Assembly (NCBI GenBank): GCA_965235115.1
Contig: OZ249441.1
Span: 23,126,001 to 23,190,000, forward strand
Origin: Laetmonice hystrix
Lineage: Eukaryota
DNA length: 64,000 nucleotides
Direction of reading: 5' to 3'
How positions within the stretch are numbered: position 1 is the stretch's first letter; each line of letters starts with the position of its first letter. The translations under genes and the position numbers were made by a program. Below the pieces are notes generated by a model. The model had not been told where the DNA came from. It did no database searches and saw only the letters and a program-made list of their open reading frames with translations. Positions 24,701-36,030 of the stretch are shown here, piece by piece.

Positions 24701-26945
24701 CGTGTGGCTGGGGGCGTTGTCCGTCTGTCCAACCCTCAATCTCCCACTCCTTGATGTCCATAATCATAGGGTAGAACGGCTCAGCATCATCCCTGTATAC
24801 AGACCACCCTAATATCTCGTGATCACCCACCCGTGACCGGCCCCACACCATACAGCTCCGAAACGAACCCCCGTTCTTCCACTGCGGCGAGGCAATTGAG
24901 GGCTGTTGACCACTCAATCGCTTACTACCTGGCGTGGTGGTCAGTCTCAAGTGTCCGTAAGTGGTCATCAGATGTGATTCAGCATATATAGTACCGCCCC
25001 AACGCGGGCACAGTTAAACGTTGTGGACAATGTTGACCTGAAGCAGTACTAAATGAATCTGTGTTCACAGATTAGACCCTCGTTATGGACCATCTCCCAC
25101 GCCTCTTTACAAACTCAGTGTTCACTGTGCTGAACATGCTGAACATATGGATTATGTAGATAACCAACATCTTGCATGCATCAAGTATCACTGCAAGCTT
25201 CTCTAAAACGTACAAATAATTTCGTAGATCTGTTTCCATTAAAACAGCCCAGGCCACTTAAAAGATTACAACCTGCTTTGAGTTAAAGATTCTTGAATAA
25301 TGTTGTCACAAATGATCGGCGATGGCGGACTTTAATGGCTCAATCTAGACGAGAAAGTTGTGTTTGAAAGACAAATACGTGAAGATTGTTAAAGAAAGCT
25401 TGCGTCGCGTTTTTATCATTGACGTTGGCCCGCTGACCTACGGCTGATAATTTTAGCATTTGTTGAGGTGTGCGGTGCCTACTTGAGGCCGGTCGTCGCC
25501 GTGACAACACGGTGGGCAGCAGATGGACGGCATTATTTGGCCCCCGTGTCGGATACCGTCGACGTTATTTGTACCAGAGATCGTAATGCAAACTGACAGG
25601 CACCAGAATGCATCGGCCGGTAATTACGTGGACCGTGAAGAGGCGGAGTACTTGATACTTTGAACGTTCGCATGCATCATTGTATTGTTATATGAGCCGG
25701 GGCCTCGTTTTGGATCAGCGACCTTCACCTTGAACCCCGCCCCCGCACCCTGGGCCTTGAGTTAAATCAGCCTCCGTACCATTGACGCCACAATGTCCTC
25801 TCTCAATGCAGCCGTCACTCCTGCTCAGACAGATTCATATTCAAATGAGGTCGGCTAATTTCTCGTAAGATTAATTGATACTGATTGAGAGAGCACGGCT
25901 TTGAACTTCGTGACAAATTGCATGGGAAGGAAGTGAAAATTATTCCATCATAGATTGCAATTTGCCGCAGCGTTTAAGCAGTTCATTTAGATTCGACATT
26001 TCATTCACGTCTTTTTCATTTTAGCTCAACAGCCGCATGTTAGATATTGCTAGATTAGAGTGTGGGGCTTTTAGGAACTTTCAGGTACATTATGGCAGTA
26101 ATAAGGCCTTTGTTTGTAGTGATTCTTCTCTGGTATGTGGCAAATTACAAGGTAAGGATTTATTTTAAAATAATTCCACCTCATTAAAATTTAGAGTGCA
26201 CTTTTCTGAAGCATATAGAGGGATGCCGTACGAAGGCAATTTCATGTGAGAATTTGTATTTATGACCGTGAGTTGAGAGCCTGTAGTATTTTTGCCGGAA
26301 AAGCGTGATTATATGTTGGAAAGCACAATCAGAAAAAGCACATTTATGTGGAAGCTGCATTGGAAGATACACCAAAAACATTTTAAAACCAGAGGCTAAA
26401 TTGTGGTCCTAATTAGAAATCAGGTTTTGTTCCCCAGTCACAATGAATGGAAATTTCTTTAGCTGATGGTATGTGGCAGTGTAATGGCGTACATTAAATG
26501 CACTTAGGGCAGTCGTGGCATGGTATGAGCACCTGGGGACGTTGCATGGTAGAAAAAAGTGGCCTTAGTGCCACAGGACATTTAAACACCCAAAGAAATG
26601 TGGCGTCTAAATAAAATTTAGGTGTATCAGTGAATAGGAATATGTCCTTTCCTACTATGGTAAAAATGTAGTGACTGGAATCTTCGATTCTTTTTTTAAT
26701 TGTTTGGTTTCATAATTTTGAAGATAAATTGTTTGGCATGTTCTAAGACTGCTGACGAAGGATATTAGCAAGAGAATCAGCTATTTAAATTGAATATTTT
26801 ATGTTGGATAGCAGGCAGACTTAATTTTGTAAGAGGCATCGCATTGCAGTATATTTTTATTCATTTCTTTTTTTGTTCCTTTTTTTCTATTTTGTCATTT
26901 TTATTTTTAATTTTTCTCAACCAACCAAAATTTGATAGAGACCTA

Positions 26946-27655
26946 GAGGTCTGTTTGCACACGTTAAACTGTTGTGTAAGTAGTTAAGAGGTCTGTTTGT
27001 GCGAAGATAGACTGGCGCGTAAGTAGTTAAGAGGTCTGTTTGCACAAAGTTAAACTGCTGTAAGTAGTAAAGATTTAGAGGTCTGCTTGCACAAAGTTAA
27101 ACCGCTGTGTAAGTAGTTAAGACTTAGAGGTCTGTTTGCACAAGTTAAACTGTTGTGTAAGTAGTTGAAAGGTCTGTTTGCACAAAGTTAAACTGCTGTA
27201 TAAGTAGTTAGGGGGTCTGTTTGCACAAAGCTAAACTGCAGTGTAAGTAGTCAGGTATATTTGCACAAAGTTAAACTCCTGTGTAAGTAGTTAAGAGGTC
27301 TGTTTGCACAAAGTTAAACTGCTGTATAAGTAATTGATATTTAGAGGTCTGTTTGCACAAAGTTAAACTGCTGTGTAAGTAGTCAGGAGGTCAGTTTGCA
27401 CAAAGTTTAACTGCTGTGTAAGTAGTTAAGAGGTCTGTTTGCACAAAGTTAAACTGCTGTATAAGTACGTTTAATTGATATTTAGAGGTCTGTTTGCACA
27501 AAGTTAAACCGCTGTGTAAGTAGTCAGGAGGTCTGTTTGCACAAAGTTTAACTGCTGTGTAAGTAGTTAAGAGGTCTGTTTGCACAAATTTAATTGCTGT
27601 GTAAGTAGTTAGGATGTCTGTTTGTGCAGAGCTAAACTGTAAAGTAGTTACAGGG
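26946..27655. repeat. Minisatellite with a unit of about 43 bp, 16 copies
   Basis: Consensus GAGGTCTGTTTGCACAAAGTTAAACTGCTGTGTAAGTAGTTAA with indels; an orphan fragment lies near 27725-27742. Confidence 0.95.
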
Positions 27656-30088
27656 TTAAGCTGCACAACACAATTCATCGAAAACTAATATTGCCGTCAA
27701 ACAAAACAGCCGTAATTATTGTTGTGTAGTAGTTAAGAGGTCTACCTGCAATTGGTTCACCTTCATATGAACAACAACCTAAATATAACCATAATAATTC
27801 CAAAATTACTCACAGTGTTGCATATATATGCAATGTTTGAAATGTCATATTTATTAGAACTCTCGTATCAACAAGTAGGTTCAGTTATTTATTTTTGAAC
27901 TTCACTGTTGTTTATTTAAAGGTTATCTTCCATAAGATCTAGATTAAATCTGTGGCATGCATTTGACTCTTTGCAAGGAAATGTAAAATTTAAGAGATGT
28001 GCCGTTTTATGGGCCTAATGCAAACAAAATCGTTGACATGATGTGAGTTGACTGAAGGGTCAAACAAGATAAGCCCTGCTCCTCACGCCAACCCGGAGGG
28101 GTTGTAAGGTGGGTTGTGGGGAAGGGGGGGGCGGAAGGGAGGTTAGGGGGAAGGGAGTAGGGAGTCACATAGCCAGCACGTGACCATCCCTGACCTCTTC
28201 AGGTTGGTGACACCAGAGCAGACATCGCTGCACGTGTCAGCTACATCATCAATTAACCGCCGCGGAAGCTAGTGTTGGCCGAACGCGCCCGATCCGTGGC
28301 AATCGGCCAGCGAGTGACAGTGGAGCAGACGACATTTTTGTTGGCGGCGTCAACGCCAGACAAAGACGTCGTCCGGCTGGCAGCGTCCGGCGACGCGCGC
28401 CTTGGACGCTGGCCCGTCAATGGACGTCCACGCGCACCCTCCCGACATTAATGGGATCAGGAAAAATCAAGTGTTAATCGGATGGTGCTTGACCCGCCCT
28501 CAATAGGTTACAGCCCTGGCAAAGTCGTCATCACACTTGCTTGTCAATACGACCAGCACACTGCCTCCACACGCGCACACATCGAGCTGCCAGTTTTCAA
28601 GACACGAAACCTCATTCAGAGTCAGATAAAGACAGGCACCTCGCTGCTATGATTCGCAGGGCCCCTTCCAAACAAAAATGGGAAATTAGAGGACTTGTGA
28701 ATGCAAACCTGTGATAAACGTGTAGTCGTCTAGTGCACGAAAGTGTGCAGCATGCAATAATTACTGCTCTCTCTAAGCTTTACAGAGAAATAGAAAGAGT
28801 GTCTGCGAGAGCTCAGAGAGAAGGGGAGAGAGATAATAAGTACGAGATAATTCCTGAGTTGAGATTTCTGATAAAAGTCTGCGTGTAAATAAGGGAATCT
28901 CGCTTTAGTGCAATCTTTGAAGATAGTGATGATAATGATAAGTTGGTATTTTTTTCACAACAAATATAAGCCCATATTACCGAGGAATGATTATTATAAT
29001 TATACATATTGTAGAAAGTTGTTTTACACGTCTTGTGCCCTATTGTTTTGAAACGCAGCACTTTTAAGTTGATGAACTGGAAGCTACAGAGCAACGACTT
29101 TTCTTTTCCGTCACCGAGCCGGTTGCAATGGGAGGGTAGGCACACGGTGATGTTCCGACTCTCACTTACTCCTTCTAATCACCACCTGTTCCCGCCGACT
29201 TGGAGCAGATTTATAATTAGTAAATGTTATTAATGACTCAAGGCAGGAATCTCTCGCTGCTACGAGTAATTTTTTCAAATGAAGGAGACGCATGCTTGAT
29301 TTCCTCCGGTGTGCGTTGAGTTGCACCGTTATTAGAGGGCGCTCCCGGCGCGCGCCTGGGGTACACGAGAATGGATCGCTGCGGCCAATTTGGCGTGAGG
29401 ATTTGTTTACGGCGCGGTATCCACCAAACGCCGCGGCTTAGTTCGCCACCTTGGGTCCCACAACCACCTGCCTGCCTGTCACCGCCAACACCATACCCCC
29501 GCCCCCACACCCCGTCCGATTGTTAGAACACTCCTTGTCAGGTGCATATTTTCTCGGCTCGGATTTGCATCTCCCTGACCCGACCGGTAGGGGGCGCTAA
29601 TTTCACATGTCATTCGGTGACCTCTACGTCTTGTCCTAATATGGAGATTTGGCGGCCATGGCGTTGGCAGATCGAGCGCCATGTTGTTGTGTCGTTTATT
29701 TACGCCGCTCTTGATTAACCCATCGGACCGGCATTAATTTTTACTGCATTGTTGGGTTTCTCTGGGTGAAACTGAGCCCACCGTTGCGCTGATGACATGG
29801 GAAGATATTAATTACCCTCTTTGGCTGGGGTATAAGAGGGCGCTCCTTGTACCCCTGCAGCCTTCTCTCCTCCCCAAGCCAGGTTTCGGATTCTAGTAAA
29901 AATTTGACTTTTTCCGGACTGTTTTTAGATGTGTGATAAAATGTAGCGTTTAGTGGTCTGCCGCTGGTAGGGTCACACCTCAGAATCTACAGCTCCCCAG
30001 TACGCAGAGAAAGGGCATAGTTTCCCTCGGATAGGACGAACTTATAATCTAAGTGCATCTATGGGTTAACTACGCTCAGCATTTACCA

Positions 30089-30280
30089 GGTTTATGCCAC
30101 AGCATCAACTATGGTCATGTCGGGGCGGTCAGTTTGACTGGTGGAGAACACCGGAAGCTTAGGGAAAACATCGATCTTGCAGCAAGTCTATCTCTAATGG
30201 GTAAACTTTCTCGCAGAACGCAAGAGATAGAGTCCAGAGGCCTGGAGTCATTGGCTTACAGCAATGAGCTACTGCGCCCC
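30089..30280 (-). mobile_element. Degenerate tRNA-derived SINE with a V-domain-like core
   Basis: The minus strand starts GGGGCGCAGTAGCTCATTG (tRNA A-box-like). It continues GACTTGCTGCAAGATCGATGTTTTCCCTAAGCTTCCGGTGTTCTCCACCAGTCAAACTGACCGCC..GGCATAAACC, resembling the widespread invertebrate SINE core GGTTTTCTCCGGGTACTCCGGTTTCCTCCACCAATAAAACTGACCGCC. Family not verified. Confidence 0.55.
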
Positions 30281-33200
30281 TCTAATGAATTATACTGTGC
30301 AGACAACGTTTAAACTGCACCTGCTATAAGATCCAGGATATACGATATAGAGTACTAATAACTAAATCCATACAGATTACGTATATCGAGTAAAACCCAT
30401 AGATTACTCATTGTGTGATGGGTGGGAAACAGTTGGAGGTAAACCACATGAGGATCAAAACTTCAGTCCTACAACTAACGATAACTTATAGTTGAACGCT
30501 CCCAGAGTTCTGGTAAAAGTGTAAGATCTTGGCGTAAGCTCTACTATAGGGTTTGTGATCGGCTATTGGGGTGTTACGAATCAGTTGGAGTGCCCAAGGT
30601 CCTTACCTTCCTAACCATTTACCCCCCCCCCCCCACACCTATAGAAGCTGTGTCTGGGATCATCCCGCCTGTGGTGTGAAGCAGCCTATGTTGATATATG
30701 ATAGTGTGATTAATCTCCCCACCCGGCCCGTTAAACTGACGCCTGTTTACGTCCGATCCAATCCCCCGCTATTGATCCCAGCGGTGGCCCGACTCATGGC
30801 ATCGTGAGGCAAGGATCCGGCAACACGGGATTATAACACTGGTAGAAATATGTTCACAGTGCCAACCACCCCCGCCCAGACAGGGGACTGATCAACCGAA
30901 TCAGGGGGGCCTGCTCGAGGTTTGGGGAGCGCGGGGCGCGGGGGGGGGGGGGCAATACGGCAGGGGGGGGGCAATACGGCAGCTGGAAATGGCCGACAGG
31001 GCCGCGTGTCTCGGCTATTAGCGCAGCCTTGAATTCATCGGCCTAATCACGTCGTGTTCACCGGGAGGGAGGGCCGGGAGGGCCGATCCGCCGCTGCCGC
31101 CCTGCGAACCGTCCCCGGCCGACATGGAGCCTCAGGCTGCATGGGCACATTTGATCAGAGCTCGTGTCTGAATGGCAGGCCATTCATGTAAGTACACCTG
31201 TGGCTGCTAACATTGTCTTGTGACCCCCTGCCTAGCCTCCTCATTGTCCCGCGCAATATGTGCCCCTGCTCGCGCTGTGTGCCCCAGCCCTCCGATCACA
31301 TGGTATTGGAGGGGCACATAAAGACCAAGTGATTGTCTTGCTTTCAGTAGAGAAGTTTGTGCGAACATCTGCAGGTTGACCAGTCCTACAGGGGGCGCAC
31401 GTCGCGCTATTGTGTCCCGTGCCAATTTTCTACTTGCGTTGCGTTTGTTACTGGAGTTTCATCTTTCAGGCGGGGCGTGGCTGCAAACCTCGGTGGGGGC
31501 CATCCCACTCACTTTGAGCATTAGGGGTCCCCCTTGTATGCTGATCAAAGTTGTTCGGTGGCAGGTGCAGCTCGCAGTGCGGGGGTTTAAAACACGAGGC
31601 TGGTTGTTGGAGCCAGCAGCCACGCAGGTCGGCAACTCTAAACGGGGAGTGCCTTTTTGGGTGATCTTATTGTTGTTTCCGTCTTTAACCCGTGCCAGCC
31701 CGTCGTCACGGCAGTGAGTGGGCGAGGGCGGTGCTTTTGTCGGGTCTTTTGACATCAATGATTACTCTTTGTCTCTGCTGATAGCGATTGCCATTGAACA
31801 CTCCAAACAAGCATGAAATGGATCGGGTTCTCGTTTGTCGATGATTTAGTCCCTAATTAGTCAATTACTAATTCAGATTCGGAATGTTTCCTGGCGCCCT
31901 TTGTGTGCGTAGCGCCGGTGCGCGTGAATTTGCGCCCCGGTTGAGTGAGGCCGTATCCCAGGCGCGCAAGGTGAGCAATAATCGATGCGTGAAGAGGTTT
32001 AAGTGTTCTTCAAACCCGGAGACACCTGAATGCAGGAGGCACGCGCTGAACTGATACCCTCGATGGGCGGGAAATAAAAGAGGGTAAAAACTTTGGAGCC
32101 GGGAGCAATTCCAGGAGAAGCAGAAGGGTGGAGGGGTGGAGGTTTGCCCCCCGCTTTTGCCCCCAGGCCCCCATCTTGCTAGAAGCGGCTGCCGACACGA
32201 ACATCCTCACAACTATGCCTGACGGGATTTGCTGTGTCTATACCACATAGCTCTCATCACGCCTCGGCTCCTCTTTCATATATTGAATTAATCTTTACGG
32301 CTCGGGCTGGGCGTGCACGGGCCGCTGCTGGCCTGGTGCTGGCTGCTGGTCCATGTGTTGATGTTTACCCGTCATTGTCCCCAGTGGCAGGAGTCAGATG
32401 GAGCCCCATGTCACGTCATTGTTGTCATAGGTCGAGCCCTCCTCAGCGCTCCACGCTTACAGACATATCCAGTTGCACCCTACTGATCCCCAATTTAAAA
32501 GTCTAATGTAGAGCTTCTCTTAATGGAGAGCCAGTGACCCAAGTTGTTGTTGATTGTGTGGGGGTGGGGGTGGCATGGGGGAGAAATGCGGGGGTGGGGG
32601 TAGGGTTGGGGTTCAAGTTGTTTGACATGGGCAACAGTTCTGCACGCTACCATTCGCCCCCATAATCAATGCGTGTCAGTCCGCGCGATCTTCGTAATAC
32701 AAGATGTGATTTAAACTCCTGGCAAACACTAGGACGCTCTGTTGATTTAAGAAATGTAATTTAGGAAATTGGATGTGTCTCTATACTGCCGAGTACTTTG
32801 AAAGGTCATGACATGTTTGCAACTCTTTTTTTTATTTCAATATAGCTGTATCTTTTTGAGTGAGAATCAGCAGGTCTGACGAGACAGGTGCACATGCATG
32901 TGTGTCTCCTCTGCTAAATCTTTTGAGGATCTGAGCAAAAGCTTCCACTTAAATGTTTCATTCCACACAAGTTTCCCTTTAAACGTCATGAGGATATCAG
33001 GTGATGAAAAATCCATTTCCCTTATCTCATCTGAACCCCCATATCTATGACACATACAGCACGAGAAAGAATGATCTAGACGGACGTCCATCATTGGCTT
33101 GCTTCTTCTTCTGAACATCATAAACTAAGAACCGACACCGTACTAGCAATTCATGTTGCTCGTAATTAAATTGAACAAAAATCTTGTTATCGCCAGGAAT

Positions 33201-33717
33201 GGGTAGCCGAAACTTTTCAGGTATCTTTTAAAGAAAGAAGCCAAGCGGAGTTGCTTGGTATGAAATATGGATGGAATACGGGCGTGTTGGCTGGGATGAA
33301 TGGACGGCTGAATGAATGGATGGAGGGAGAGATGGAGGGTTGGTTTGGTGGTGAGAGTCGGGATGCGGCGTGGTAGGCCGAGCAAGCCTCAGCAAGCCTC
33401 AGCCGCGGCAACCCGCACCCGCCTTGGCGCACCACAAAGCCTCAGCGTCGCCCCCTGCCAAAGCTCACCATTACAACTTTCGCAACCCACACCCAGGCTT
33501 AACGAAAAATGGCACTGATGTTACAACTGTAGACCGTTTAATGTCGTAACATTCTGGTGTTCATCTTTTCTACCGTTGGATCGTATTGGGATCCGCAATA
33601 ATTATGTCGACCGTACTTGTGGAATTCTCTGTGGTGATATCAGATTTTTTTTAGTAATCGTAAAAGGTTCCACAATTGAAAGATTTCGTATAATGTGATA
33701 CCTTGGCCTTGGGTAAA

Positions 33718-35781
33718 TCGTCTGAAGTCACACAACCTGTCGTAGTATCGGATAGTATACAACCGTCGTCTGAAGTCACACAACCTGTCGTAGTATCGGA
33801 CAGTATACAACCGTCGACTGAAGTCAAACAACCTGTCGTAGTATCGGACAGTATACAACCGTCGACTGAAGTCACACAAACTGTCGTAGTATCGGATAGT
33901 ATACAACCGTCGTCTGAAGTCACACAACCTGTCGTAGTATCGGACAGTATACAACCATCGTCTGAAGTCACACAACCTGTCGTAGTATCGGACAGTATAC
34001 AACCATCGTCTGAAGTCACACAACCTGTCGTAGTATCGGACAGTATACAACCGTCGACTGAAGTCACACAACCTGTCGTAGTATCGGATAGTATACAACC
34101 GTCGACTGAAGTCACACAACCTGTCGTAGTATCGGACAGTATACAACCGTCGTCTGAAGTCAAACAACCTGTCGTAGTATCGGACAGTATACAACCGTCG
34201 ACTGAAGTCACACAACCTGTCGTAGTATCGGACAGTATACAACCGTCGACTGAAGTCACACAACCTGTCGTAGTATCGGACAGTATACAACCGTCGTCTG
34301 AAGTCAAACAACCTGTCGTAGTATCGGACAGTATACAACCATCGTCTGAAGTCACACAACCTGTCGTAGTATCGGATAGTATACAACCGTCGACTGAAGT
34401 CACACAACCTGTCGTAGTATCGGACAGTATACAACCGTCGACTGAAGTCACACAACCTGTCGTAGTATCGGACAGTATACAACCGTCGACTGAAGTCAAA
34501 CAACCTGTCGTAGTATCGGACAGTATACAACCGTCGACTGAAGTCACACAAACTGTCGTAGTATCGGACAGTATACAACCGTCGACTGAAGTCACACAAC
34601 CTGTCGTAGTATCGGACAGTATACAACCGTCGACTGAAGTCACACAACCTGTCGTAGTATCGGACAGTATACAACCGTCGACTGAAGTCACACAACCTGT
34701 CGTAGTATCGGACAGTATACAACCGTCGACTGAAGTCACACAACCTGTCGTAGTATCGGATAGTATACAACCGTCGACTGAAGTCACACAACCTGTCGTA
34801 GTATCGGACAGTATACAACCGTCGTCTGAAGTCACACAACCTGTCGTAGTATCGGACAGTATACAACCATCGTCTGAAGTCACACAACCTGTCGTAGTAT
34901 CGGACAGTATACAACCATCGTCTGAAGTCACACAACCTGTCGTAGTATCGGACAGTATACAACCGTCGTCTGAAGTCAAACAACCTGTCGTAGTATCGGA
35001 CAGTATACAACCGTCGACTGAAGTCACACAACCTGTCGTAGTATCGGACAGTATACAACCGTCGACTGAAGTCAAACAACCTGTCGTAGTATCGGACAGT
35101 ATACAACCATCGTCTGAAGTCACACAACCTGTCGTAGTATCGGATAGTATACAACCGTCGACTGAAGTCAAACAACCTGTCGTAGTATCGGACAGTATAC
35201 AACCATCGTCTGAAGTCACACAACCTGTCGTAGTATCGGACAGTATACAACCATCGTCTGAAGTCACACAACCTGTCGTAGTATCGGATAGTATACAACC
35301 GTCGACTGAAGTCACACAACCTGTCGTAGTATCGGACAGTATACAACCGTCGTCTGAAGTCAAACAACCTGTCGTAGTATCGGACAGTATACAACCGTCG
35401 ACTGAAGTCACACAACCTGTCGTAGTATCGGACAGTATACAACCGTCGACTGAAGTCAAACAACCTGTCGTAGTATCGGACAGTATACAACCATCGTCTG
35501 AAGTCACACAACCTGTCGTAGTATCGGATAGTATACAACCGTCGACTGAAGTCAAACAACCTGTCGTAGTATCGGACAGTATACAACCATCGTCTGAAGT
35601 CACACAACCTGTCGTAGTATCGGATAGTATACAACCGTCGACTGAAGTCACACAACCTGTCGTAGTATCAGACAGTATACAACCGTCGACTGAAGTCACA
35701 CAACCTGTCGTAGTATCGGACAGTATACAACCGTCGTCTGAAGTCACACAACCTGTCGTAGTATCGGACAGTATACAACCA
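33718..35781. repeat. 48-bp VNTR, 43 near-identical copies
   Basis: Unit TCG(A/T)CTGAAGTCA(C/A)ACAACCTGTCGTAGTATCGGA(C/T)AGTATACAACC(G/A), no indels; three of the six frames stay open. Confidence 0.98.
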
Positions 35782-35841
35782 TCCTATTTCCAAGGCTTTT
35801 CCGATCACAAACACATTCTTCGCAGTGTCCTCTAGCTCTAA

Positions 35842-36030
35842 AGGGCCTGATCCACTAAGGCGATTTCCCTTGCGACGGCCATGCGATTTTTGATGTAATG
35901 GTGGAATTTCGCTCTGAAATCTTTCCTGGCTGGCCTATCCTGTTTCAGAAAATGGGTTCCTTCCTTTAATGTCAAAATCACAGTAAAACAAAATCGCATG
36001 GACGTCGCAAGGAATATCGGATCAGGCCCT
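35842..36030. mobile_element. PIF/Harbinger-type MITE
   Basis: Ends AGGGCCTGATCC...GGATCAGGCCCT flanked by TAA on both sides (35839-41, 36031-33). Subterminal inverted match CCTTGCGACGGCCATGCGATTTT / AAAATCGCATGGACGTCGCAAGG. Confidence 0.85.

Noticed and set aside
32867-33121. Minus-strand ORF with C2-domain-like LVWNETFKW
   Set aside because: A single short motif with no other C2 features or exon boundaries.
33640-35747. Two long minus-strand ORFs (671 and 698 aa)
   Set aside because: Products of the 48-bp repeat lacking stops in those frames.
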